Shown piece after piece: positions 52,301-62,997 of a stretch of DNA of 64,000 bases. Source of the DNA: Candidatus Chisholmbacteria bacterium (GTDB lineage: Bacteria; Patescibacteriota; Microgenomatia; UBA1400; Chisholmbacteraceae); contig CAVPHZ010000001.1 in the NCBI GenBank assembly GCA_963704905.1, positions 643,438 through 707,437 of the forward strand. Reading direction: 5' to 3'. The translations under genes and the position numbers were made by a program. Positions within the stretch are counted from its first letter, which is position 1, and each line of letters begins with the position of its first letter. The notes under the pieces were generated by a model. The model did not search any database, had not been told where the DNA came from, and saw nothing but the letters and a program-made list of their open reading frames with translations.

Positions 52301-53041
52301 GGTGGGACATTCGGTGACGTCGCCGTGCCAGTCAGGAGTAACTGGAACGCAGCTTCTATTGTCCACCGTTGCGGTGGGGTTAAAGTTCACTGCGGTCTCG
52401 TCCATGCAGCCGGGGATTTCCACAGGCTCTACGGGCGGATACTCACAGCTCCCATTGTCCACCGTTGCGGTGGGGTTAAAGTTCACTGCGGTCTCGTCCA
52501 TGCAGCCGGGGATTTCCACAGGCTCTACGGGCGGATACTCACAGCTCCCATTGTCCACCGTTGCGGTGGGGTTAAAGTTCACTGCGGTCTCGTCCATGCA
52601 GCCGGGGATTTCCACAGGCTCTACGGGCGGATACTCACAGCTCCCATTGTCCACCGTTGCGGTGGGGTTAAAGTTCACTGCGGTCTCGTCCATGCAGCCG
52701 GGGATTTCCTTCGGAGGTTCCGGTGTTGGATCCTCTTTTGGGGGTTCCACAATCTCAGTGACTACTGGACCAACCTCTTCAGTAACAACAGGATCTCCAC
52801 TCCCATCATTAACTGGAGGCATTTCTGATGGATTGATAGGATCGGGCTCGCTGCCGCGATCCTTGTCCTCTGTGAGGACGGGCTGATCTACAACCACTCC
52901 CTCCGCGGGTGCGGGGGGATTGTTGTCCTGGGCAAAAGCCATGGGCACGAACGCGAAGTTCGATGCGATCATAGCAATCGCCAGGATTAACCCGATTATA
53001 TTCGGGGTTTTGCGGGATAACCGCAAGAGCTTGCTTTTCAT
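49322..53041 (-). CDS. Giant secreted surface protein (1239 aa). Signal peptide; Pro-rich region; 4x Cys-bracketed 32-aa repeat; 6 PKD-like domains as three exact duplicate pairs joined by 'EPPPPPPAPT' linkers; TolB-like beta-propeller region; C-terminal unknown domain.
   Basis: RBS 'aaggaga' 8 nt upstream of ATG 53041; 'MKSKLL...FVPMAFAQD' signal; PKD signature 'WHILTWGDGTDV...HQFSDYGTYVQEFTVTGPGG'; 'YFTAERDGKYTV...VVSPDG' propeller blades. Confidence 0.65.
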   Translation of the reverse strand: MKSKLLRLSRKTPNIIGLILAIAMIASNFAFVPMAFAQDNNPPAPAEGVVVDQPVLTEDKDRGSEPDPINPSEMPPVNDGSGDPVVTEEVGPVVTEIVEPPKEDPTPEPPKEIPGCMDETAVNFNPTATVDNGSCEYPPVEPVEIPGCMDETAVNFNPTATVDNGSCEYPPVEPVEIPGCMDETAVNFNPTATVDNGSCEYPPVEPVEIPGCMDETAVNFNPTATVDNRSCVPVTPDWHGDVTECPTCEGWEVKVNTVWNGQEGVITESSNLVGTWADGQQSADWSVTVTWYDGEGNVIDTWSASGTIYKPDCPPPPPPAPTCSVNTTVVNEDEKQISTNVSWDGGNEDWHILTWGDGTDVGFQGASGNETREHQFSDYGTYVQEFTVTGPGGTTSCSDEVTFEEPPPPPPAPTCSVNTTVVNEDEKQISTNVSWDGGNEDWHILTWGDGTDVGFQGASGNETREHQFSDYGTYVQEFTVTGPGGTTSCSDEVTFEPPPPPPAPTCSLEVSTTDNLYEAVASGSYGNAYEDGTTLYWGHNGEQVSFAGTDGTFEETHVYPEAGTYRLRLVVHGPGGKVTCKAKVTFEPPPPPPAPTCSLEVSTTDNLYEAVASGSYGNAYEDGTTLYWGHNGEQVSFAGTDGTFEETHVYPEAGTYRLRLVVHGPGGKVTCKAKVTFEPPPPPPAPTCSLSTEITSQEERRINANASWENGEGWQILEWGDETEVGFEGMSGTEMREHQYTSAGTYDLTFTVTGPGGSVTCNDSVTFEPPPPPPAPTCSLSTEITSQEERRINANASWENGEGWQILEWGDETEVGFEGMSGTEMREHQYTSAGTYDLTFTVTGPGGSVTCNDSVTFEEPPTTTQAPPEVIAQVAQCLPEEHIFWKQGMTISYILDEIADGTFTHEPQVDVKIDLDGKSTDPVISITKDGCQWDFSVETEDQSDLYSMPVFGGTPHQLTDTADVNELHPFTSTDNHVYFTAERDGKYTVERIKLDGSERELMASDCQKPVVSPDGLVMVCETIVNTASIQKAEVGATALEADALGVEGATTSITWYPDQEAWVMQQAGQFVSKPYLQSGDDKIFSTDAESLAFRPGGGYVVMLIEGNLNVAELDNEGLPTELRVLEGLNQDSLVGVKPGWWSPDRLTPTSQELAAPLTGQPIDASSNSSTLSDAQAAACADYSGVSVVDCLVQADMDASFSARADLAVNLGIVASAADYIGSMAQNIALLTALQGGASQ
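50472..52091 (-). repeat. Three consecutive pairs of perfectly identical ~270-276-bp coding units (PKD-domain duplications) inside the giant gene
   Basis: 50472-50741 equals 50742-51011; 51012-51281 equals 51282-51551; 51552-51821 equals 51822-52091 apart from one 6-nt difference. Read directly from the sequence. Confidence 0.8.
52345..52728 (-). repeat. Four tandem 96-bp units encoding 'EIPGCMDETAVNFNPTATVDNGSCEYPPVEPV'
   Basis: Unit 'actcacagctcccattgtccaccgttgcggtggggttaaagttcactgcggtctcgtccatgcagccggggatttccacaggctctacgggcggat' repeated head-to-tail; first and last copies slightly variant. Confidence 0.8.
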
Positions 53042-55162
53042 CGAAAATTCTCCTTAAAGTGAGTTACGAAGTGAGCTTCCATATCCATTGGGGAGAGCAA
53101 CCATACGAGGGTTGGATCTCCAGGATACTTCTGCTCCTTCTGAGGTTTTACCTGACTGTGCAGGGATAGAGATTTAACACCCTCTATCAGGGTAAAATTT
53201 TTGTTAATTCCCAAAGCAGTGATGTTGGTGTGATGAAGGGGAGCGTGGAGGCAAGGAACTACCCGCCACGTCTCCGCGCAGGTGCTTTAGAGGTTTTTTA
53301 GTCCTTTACCTCCACAATCCCCCTCACCAGCTGTTTCACTGATCGGGATTTCACTTTGGAGAAATCGATGAATCCACCATTTTTTCAGATGTTTTTCATC
53401 TTGTCATTCAGTTGTTAATGAGCAATCATCTCGGTCTCTAGACGTAATCTAGAGGAGATGACTTTGTCCCCATATCTTTCGGGACGGTTCTCCCGGCAAA
53501 TGTCGGGGGGTGTCCCAGATTGACCTAGGGAGGATTACCCACCTTGCGATGTCCAACTCTCCATAGGCCAAAAAAAGAGAAAACCACCCAGGGAGTCTAG
53601 TCTGACAAAAAAATACGAACACCGATGTATTAACATCATTTGGTATTGTATTGATTGTCAGGGACTTACCCTGGGTGGTGGATGGCGGTTTACTCTTCTC
53701 AAGCGGCATGAATGAAAAAAATTAAATAATTGCTTATTTGGTTTTTTTGCTTGAGATTTGTTTTTGCGTTGATCTGGTATTGAGTACGTTCCATGTAATA
53801 ATGGATACACAGATCGGGCGCAAAGATTGCGCTGATGCCAATGGGACTTTGAAAAAGTACCGTGCACCAGGGGGAGTTACCCCAACCGAGTCAGTTTTCC
53901 GAAGAAAATTGATTTGGGTCCGCTTGGGTTTCACATTGGCTCTCTACCTGTTTTTTTGGACAGTGTCCCAGATAAATTTGTGATTCCCATGACGTGGCGG
54001 TGTGGTACTTGATGAAAGTTGCCCGAAGGCAGATCTTTTTTCAATACCGAGGCCAACTATAGCCATCCTTTTTTAAAGAGCGACACACGCCTTCTGCAGG
54101 GGAGATGTTGCACCGAAGTGCGAGTCTCGAGCAGGTCCTGCAAATAGCAGGGGCGCGGTCTCTGTTCTCTGGACTGGTCCAGAGAGAACTGGAGAGAAAT
54201 AGGGATTCTCATCAGATCTCTTTGGAACAAAAGATTGCCTTGGAGGGTTTGGTTGTACCTGCTGGTTTTTCTTCGTTTGTCTTGAAAAATCAGGGTCAAA
54301 CCATAAAAAAGCCGTGAACCAAGGTCACGGCATAGTACACCAGATACAGTACTCTGGTAGGTACGTTTTTTGCCAGGATGAACCTGGCGTGATTCCTCGA
54401 GATAATTTGTTGCATTATCCCAGGATGTGACCTCTAAAGCATTTACCTCTAAAGCTTTTTAAAGAGCAGATGTGTCTTCTAGACTTTACCCTGGTAAGAC
54501 GCCGGAAAGGACTACCCTATGTATATTTTCACATAAGATATTTCACAGCCTCCCACCAGAGTGAAATCCAGAAGTGAGCGGCGAAAATCTGACGATTTTC
54601 ACAACCTATAATGATGTCAATGTGTCTCCTCGAGATTACTCGAGGGGAATACTGTCATTGCCTGGAATCCAGCTTATGAGTTACTTCTTTACTCACATAA
54701 AGAAGTAACCAAGAAAGTGTGCCCCAAGCTGTGTCGATGTCTTCACCTACGATTTTCGCTCGGGAAGTCCTTCCGAAATTCCCTTTGGTCAGTTTCGGTT
54801 TTCCTTTAGCGAACATCGGGTTCAGTAGAATCGACTCCGCTAAGGGTTTCTGCTCAGATTTTTTTATGTCAATTTGGCCAACCAAAAGCCACGATGTACG
54901 TGGCAGTTGGGAGTAAAAAAAATTAGCTTATTGGGCTAATTTTCTCTGTCCGAATTCTTGGGGCGCAGTATACTATAGTATTAGCAATTTGTCAAGGTAA
55001 CTGCTAGTAGCATAAACATACCGATATACTAGGCTAAGAGATACATATGTTTCAATTGGTATCTACACCTTTACGGTGTAGTCAGTTTGGGAAATATTAG
55101 TGCCGATGAGAATATTGATTGGCTATGGTAGGATAAGGAGAAATTAATAGAAATAAGGAATT

Positions 55163-55432
55163 ATGACTGAAGCTGAGGGAAGCGAGAGCAATCTATCCGC
55201 CGAAGGAAGACGAGAACTAGAAGGACAGATCGGAGATCTGGTCACTGGTCCGATGACAAGCGGGACAGAAGCCGAGCAACAAGAAGCACGGGGCTTAGCT
55301 GCTAGTATGAGTCGCCTTCTTGGAAGAGAGCCAGTGTTTAAGAGTGTACGAAGAGATGAGAAGACTGGCAGATTAATTGAGGAGAGCGGTACGATTACGA
55401 ATGAAGGAGAACGTAAGAAAAAGAAGAAATAA
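55163..55432 (+). CDS. Hypothetical small acidic protein (89 aa) immediately upstream of tRNA-Ile
   Basis: Good SD ('aagga' 6 nt upstream of ATG); ends in poly-Lys; no motif. Confidence 0.4.
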   Translation: MTEAEGSESNLSAEGRRELEGQIGDLVTGPMTSGTEAEQQEARGLAASMSRLLGREPVFKSVRRDEKTGRLIEESGTITNEGERKKKKK

Positions 55433-55439
55433 GATTTTA

Positions 55440-55515
55440 GGGCGAATAGCTCAGTTGGTTAGAGCGCAGTCCTGATAAGACTGAGGTCCATGGTTCGAAT
55501 CCATGTTCGCCCACC
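55440..55515 (+). tRNA. tRNA-Ile (anticodon GAU)
   Basis: 'gggcgaatagctcagttggttagagcgcagtcctgataagactgaggtccatggttcgaatccatgttcgccca': cloverleaf, anticodon loop 'cctgataag'; CCA not fully encoded. Confidence 0.9.
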
Positions 55516-55662
55516 TCGCTGCACTCAGTGCAGGCACTTCTTATTGCGTTCAGTAGAAGTACCTCTTGTATACCTTCTCAACTGTCCCGTTTTTGTGAAT
55601 GTTGTTTGATCTCAGCTTGACATGATTGTGAGACAATCGTACGCTATTGATAGAGGGTTTTT

Positions 55663-56076
55663 ATGTCCAATGGTGAGACTTCCAAAGATGAGTATATGCA
55701 GCTGTTCAATGAAATTATTCAGCAGCAATGCATTATTCTCGGTCCGGATATCTCAATCATTATCGCAAAGAAGGTCGACGGGCTGATTTTTTCTGAAGAT
55801 GGAAAAGTAACTGATTTTCAAGGAGATGGTCAGCCATTGTTGCAAAAACTTATCAATGGATTCGTAAATCTCTCTGGAATGATTGTGAGGAAAACTATCG
55901 AGCCGCTACTGGCTAAACATCCTGCTGCAGCTGCAAAAGTGACCGGGCAACCTGCTGGAAGCATACAGACTCCACAGACTCCGTTACCAAACCCACTGCC
56001 AGTTTCAGTTCAACCTCAACCTCAGCCTCAGCAACCTCTACCAAATGAACAGTCAGTCCCGAAGGAGGGATCATGA
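55663..56076 (+). CDS. Hypothetical protein with Pro/Gln-rich C-terminus (137 aa)
   Basis: ORF between tRNA-Ile and tRNA-Ala; 'QPQPQPQQPLP' tail; 4-nt overlap with the next ORF. Confidence 0.4.
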   Translation: MSNGETSKDEYMQLFNEIIQQQCIILGPDISIIIAKKVDGLIFSEDGKVTDFQGDGQPLLQKLINGFVNLSGMIVRKTIEPLLAKHPAAAAKVTGQPAGSIQTPQTPLPNPLPVSVQPQPQPQQPLPNEQSVPKEGS

Positions 56077-56645
56077 GAAGTGTAAAAGGATTTACACTTG
56101 CCGGTCTTCTAGTTTTGGTTTTTCCAGCATCGGTATTTGCGGTGGGGTTGGATTCGTCATCATTTCTTTATAGCTCAGATATTCTTGCTCCGCTTGACAT
56201 TAATATAGTCCAGGACATTGGATTAATTCTGCCCGTTGTTGTTGCTTGGTTTGCCATCCGTGTGGCTCGGCTCATGCAGGGTGGGAAGTTTGAGCGTATT
56301 TGGAAGCTGATTGCAGCAGGGATGGGTGTCCTGGCCATCATTAAAGTCGTTGATGGTTTGGAAAATTTGGGAGTACTGTATGTTGTGGGATTGCGGAATC
56401 TCTTGGAATTTGTGATGATCGTTGTCTTTTTTACGGCATTTTTGTACGGATACCGTTCGCTCATGCTGGCCATTCGGGGTCCAAGTATAGAAAAACCTGT
56501 CATTACCGTGCCCAAAGAGGAATTGGGACAAAGTGGTGCTGAGGAGAAACCAGCTAAGGAGGGTGAACCACAGGAGACTCTGCCTGCAGAATCCGAGAAG
56601 AAGACTCCGACAAAAGATCAGAAGAATAAAGATAAAACGAAATAA
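56073..56645 (+). CDS. Secreted/membrane protein (signal peptide plus ~4 TM) with Lys-rich C-terminus (190 aa)
   Basis: 'MRSVKGFTLAGLLVLVFPASVFA' signal peptide; hydrophobic helices; translationally coupled to the upstream ORF. Confidence 0.45.
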   Translation: MRSVKGFTLAGLLVLVFPASVFAVGLDSSSFLYSSDILAPLDINIVQDIGLILPVVVAWFAIRVARLMQGGKFERIWKLIAAGMGVLAIIKVVDGLENLGVLYVVGLRNLLEFVMIVVFFTAFLYGYRSLMLAIRGPSIEKPVITVPKEELGQSGAEEKPAKEGEPQETLPAESEKKTPTKDQKNKDKTK

Positions 56646-56742
56646 ACCTCTTATTTAAAGACTCCTCTTTGCGCGTTTGTATGCGCTGACACCTTTATTG
56701 CTGTAATCCGTTTGATTTTTGAATGTGATCGGATTGATATTG

Positions 56743-56771
56743 TTGACTTCTTTAGGGGTGTCTGTTAGGAT
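56743..56771 (+). promoter_or_regulatory. Candidate promoter for tRNA-Ala-23S-5S
   Basis: 'ttgact'-17 nt-'taggat' about 275 nt upstream of tRNA-Ala. Confidence 0.3.
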
Positions 56772-57046
56772 ACAGATTGCCAATTTTTTAGGCGAACTTT
56801 AGGAGGCTTTTTCTACAACTCATGAGAATATTTGGTTTACATCGATTGCTTCAGTGCCGTCTTCGAAGGTGGCAAACGTAGTCGCGACTCCTGATCCTCA
56901 TGTGTTGAGAAGAATCTCCGTAAGCGGAGATTTTTTATTGACATACCCGTCGGGTTGGACAGGGGCCTGTAGCTCCCTGTAAAAATTTATACGTTTCCAA
57001 ATTTTTACAGGGCGAGACGCTATCAGAAATTGCTGGCCTTTAAAAA

Positions 57047-57122
57047 GGGCCTGTAGCTCAGTTGGCTAGAGCGCTACATTTGCAATGTAGAGGTCACCGG
57101 TTCGAGTCCGGTCAGGTCCACC
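57047..57122 (+). tRNA. tRNA-Ala (anticodon UGC) with the G3-U70 identity pair
   Basis: 'gggcctgtagctcagttggctagagcgctacatttgcaatgtagaggtcaccggttcgagtccggtcaggtccacc'; acceptor gggcctg/caggtcc gives G3-U70. Confidence 0.9.
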
Positions 57123-57371
57123 TCGATTTGCTAAGCAAATCTCGGTGCGGGCACCTAAAAATAAGAAGCGTGTAAAGCATTTTTCGATGCGGGCACCTTT
57201 TAAAATAAGAACGAATCAAAGGTTGATGAGAGTTTATCTTTCATAAATATAAACTTTCGTGAGTCTTTGATCAGAGATGATCATATGAGCTCAGGCTAGC
57301 TCTTTGACAAGTGAATAGAATGTTTTGTCAAGTCATATTCCCATATGACTTGGTAGGACCGATCTTTGTAG

Positions 57372-60370
<2,999 letters not shown>

Positions 60371-60493
60371 TTACATTGATCGGTGCATTCTATTCATTTT
60401 TCAGAGAGCAAGCGAAAGCCACGCCACTATATTTGATGTGGTGAGGTAAACTTGGACAATTTACTCAAGTTTTAGAATCATATATAATACTAT

Positions 60494-60611
60494 TGCTGGT
60501 CTTTTGAGCGGGGTGGCCCTACCTCTTCCCATACCGAACAGAGTCGTCAAACACCCCAGCGCTGACGATAGTGCTACCGCAAGGTTGCGCGAAAATAGGT
60601 CAAGGCCAGCA
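60494..60611 (+). rRNA. rrf: 5S ribosomal RNA
   Basis: 5' 'ttgctggtc' pairs with 3' 'ggccagca'; internal 'cccataccgaacagag' loop C block; followed by 'tttttgtgg'. Confidence 0.8.
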
Positions 60612-60643
60612 TTTTTGTGGAGTTTTTGGAAATAAAAGTACAG

Positions 60644-60994
60644 CTAGATGCTTTTGCCAGTTAAGTATCTGAATGCACGAAGGATTGGTTTAATATGTTC
60701 ATCCGCCTTTGATGCTATTGCTTGCTTTACCGAAATTTCTACGGCTTCCTGTAATCTTTCCGTTACTTGCGCTATCCCCTTTAAGCCTTGAGTATACAAT
60801 TGGCCAGGATTGAGTTGTAAACAGGCTGCGATGACTTCGGGGATAAGATCTTGTTTTTCAGCCGCATTGAGAAGAATATCGGCTGTAGCGACGACAGCAG
60901 CTTCTGGGATACCTATATCTTGATCCTCTGCTATTTTCATCAACCCTTGTTTATACCAATATGTGGCTTGTGGTAGCTGTTTTTCTATTTGCAT
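60644..60994 (-). CDS. Hypothetical protein (116 aa)
   Basis: ORF only. Confidence 0.35.
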   Translation of the reverse strand: MQIEKQLPQATYWYKQGLMKIAEDQDIGIPEAAVVATADILLNAAEKQDLIPEVIAACLQLNPGQLYTQGLKGIAQVTERLQEAVEISVKQAIASKADEHIKPILRAFRYLTGKSI

Positions 60995-61065
60995 ATTATT
61001 TTTCTGAGAGAAATTGTATTGGAATTATACCCTATAGTAGAAATTTTTCATCCTGGTAATAAATT

Positions 61066-61089
61066 AGTCAAGGCCTGCTTTTTTGTGGG
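61066..61089 (+). repeat. Copy of the 5S rRNA 3'-terminal motif plus T-tract ('agtcaaggcctgcttttttgtggg')
   Basis: Matches the 5S 3' end 'ggtcaaggccagcatttttgtgg' (60597-60619). Confidence 0.5.
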
Positions 61090-61185
61090 TAATATTCCTT
61101 CCGCATTCTTTCTTAGATCAATGTCATTTCAAAGACACAAGCTTTTTCATTGCAAATGGTTAGTTGTATGTTTATAGTAGTAACT

Positions 61186-61794
61186 ATGAGTGAAACATCA
61201 GAAGGGCTTGAAAAACCACACACTTTCGGAGGTTTAGAGCAGGTAACTCCGGAAGGAAAGGATGATACTGGCGTGACGGTGGGGACTGAGAGTATTGGGA
61301 AGATTCCTGGAGAGCGGTTGGCCATCAAAGCCGATGAGCTGTTAGATAGAGCCAAAGAGTTTGGACAAGGCATGGTTGAACGTTTTCAAGGAGAAGAAGA
61401 TCAGTGGGATGAGGATTCGGTTGACGGACTCCGAAAGACGATGGCTGAGTTGGCCCGATCAAAACAATGGGATGAAAGTCGTTATGGCCAATTGACTGAT
61501 GTGATAAATGAAAAGACCGTTGCTCTAATTCAAGGTATTGGAAGCCGAATTCAGAGTGCGAGAGATTTTTTTGGTGATAAGGACATTTCGTTTGATCCAG
61601 AGCTTATGCAACACATGGAGACCAGGCGTGATAATTTACGAGCTCATTTGGAAGACCCACAGGAGCGTCGGCGTTATCCACTCCTTCAACCGTTAGCGCG
61701 GCTCACGACAAGATTGAAAATTAGAGCTGCTGAGAAAGCAATAGCACAGCAAGAAGCAGTACGATTGAAAGCACCCATTTTGGCAGGGGAGTAG
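61186..61794 (+). CDS. Hypothetical protein (start at MSETSEG; ORF extends to 61150)
   Basis: ORF only; acidic. Confidence 0.4.
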   Translation: MSETSEGLEKPHTFGGLEQVTPEGKDDTGVTVGTESIGKIPGERLAIKADELLDRAKEFGQGMVERFQGEEDQWDEDSVDGLRKTMAELARSKQWDESRYGQLTDVINEKTVALIQGIGSRIQSARDFFGDKDISFDPELMQHMETRRDNLRAHLEDPQERRRYPLLQPLARLTTRLKIRAAEKAIAQQEAVRLKAPILAGE

Positions 61795-61807
61795 TTTTTC
61801 GCTCAAT

Positions 61808-62113
61808 ATGACCAATAATTCGAAAGATCTGACAGTTGAAAATAGAGTGGAGATGAGCAATCTTCCACAGCCAACCAAAGACATCATTTTAAATCTTGTT
61901 CCGTTCATGGATAAGGATCCAGCGATAAAAAAACGAATCGTTGATCTGCTTCAACTAGAGGAGGATTTCGCAGCCTATCAGGCTCAAAAGACTGAAGATT
62001 TTGTAAGGGGACTTGAGGAACTAGAGAAGTATGCCAATCAAGTTGGAGGGAAAGCAAATCAAGTATCAGCTATAGGCAAGAATAAGTCGGCACTCTTCTC
62101 TAAAAAAGAGTAG
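61808..62113 (+). CDS. Hypothetical protein (101 aa)
   Basis: ORF only; 14 nt after the upstream stop. Confidence 0.4.
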   Translation: MTNNSKDLTVENRVEMSNLPQPTKDIILNLVPFMDKDPAIKKRIVDLLQLEEDFAAYQAQKTEDFVRGLEELEKYANQVGGKANQVSAIGKNKSALFSKKE

Positions 62114-62230
62114 GGTATTTTCGTTTTACCTCTCTTAATTCTCCCATTTTAAGTTATCAAAAAGAGATTCTGACGGTTTGAGCGGATGGTGCGGCGGACG
62201 AGCCGGTCGTTATTACTATTCAGTTATAGT

Positions 62231-62256
62231 GGTTCAAGGCCAGCTTTTATTGTGGG
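62231..62256 (+). repeat. Copy of the 5S 3'-terminal motif ('ggttcaaggccagcttttattgtggg'), preceded by a degenerate 5S-5'-like 'tttgagcggatggtgcggc'
   Basis: Direct comparison with 5S (60494-60611). Confidence 0.5.
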
Positions 62257-62333
62257 TAAATACGAGGTCGGACCTCGTATGCTCGTACACTCGATAAGTG
62301 AAGGATTCAGTACTATTCATCTTGCCGAAAAAG

Positions 62334-62358
62334 GGGTCAAGGCCAGCGTTTTTTGTGC
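62334..62358 (+). repeat. Copy of the 5S 3'-terminal motif ('gccgaaaaaggggtcaaggccagcgttttttgtgc', compared with 5S 'gcgcgaaaataggtcaaggccagcatttttgtgg')
   Basis: About 85% identity over ~32 nt to the 5S 3' end. Confidence 0.5.
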
Positions 62359-62422
62359 ACTTTCCTAATGGATCGACAACTATTTTCCAGCTCTGTGGTA
62401 CAATATAAATTGACAAATACTT

Positions 62423-62980
62423 ATGGGTCTTCCTGTTGTAGAGACAGAGCGATATTTTGTAGGAGTTGAGGAACGTTCAGATTACGAGGACGATCGCTTC
62501 CGGCGCTATCAAGATCAGAATGGAATTCTTCCAAAACCTCTTTATTCTCAAGTTCGAACACTTTCTTTATCCCCTGAATATTTTTACTCAGCCGTCTCCT
62601 CTGTTAGCACACCCACTCGCGCACAAGCCGAAACTATGATGGAAAGAGCAGGTGTTGAGGATGACGGTGAGGAGATCGTTGTGTCCTATAGCATACTCCG
62701 TAATAATACCCTATGGTTATTCGATGGGCCGGAAGAACCGGAACAAGACCTTTTACAGGTCGTGTTACAGGTCTTTGGTCACCGACTTCGATATTGGAAA
62801 AATGTTCCATCCTGGTGTGATCAGGAGGTGTTTGCCGAGGCACTGTTGATTCATGATAGAAATGAAGAACATCAGCGATTCACTGCCAGCCTTCCACACA
62901 TCTTTCCAAATGAGAGTGACAATGCTCTGCTTAATAGCTTGGTTTCACAGCTATCCAAGGAAACTTTCCCAGCTGGATAG
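62423..62980 (+). CDS. Hypothetical protein (185 aa)
   Basis: ORF preceded by an extended -10 'tggtacaat' at ~62395. Confidence 0.4.
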   Translation: MGLPVVETERYFVGVEERSDYEDDRFRRYQDQNGILPKPLYSQVRTLSLSPEYFYSAVSSVSTPTRAQAETMMERAGVEDDGEEIVVSYSILRNNTLWLFDGPEEPEQDLLQVVLQVFGHRLRYWKNVPSWCDQEVFAEALLIHDRNEEHQRFTASLPHIFPNESDNALLNSLVSQLSKETFPAG

Positions 62981-62997
62981 GTTTTTTGTGGATTTTT

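Noticed and set aside
50472-52728. Possible CRISPR array (regular direct repeats)
   Set aside because: Units are 96 bp and 270 bp, contiguous with no unique spacers, and in-frame coding sequence of a surface protein. No cas genes are present.
50114-52886. Long plus-strand ORFs (e.g. 50828..52828, 666 aa; 52173..52886, 237 aa; 50114..50500; 50558..50770) with internally repeated peptides
   Set aside because: They are antisense to the 1239-aa minus-strand gene. That gene has a signal peptide, an RBS and PKD signatures. The plus-strand frames stay open only because of the perfect tandem DNA repeats and GC-rich, stop-poor composition.
62186-62368. 60-aa ORF between hypothetical genes
   Set aside because: It spans two copies of the 5S-derived repeat and terminator-like T-tracts. 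No RBS; most likely non-coding.
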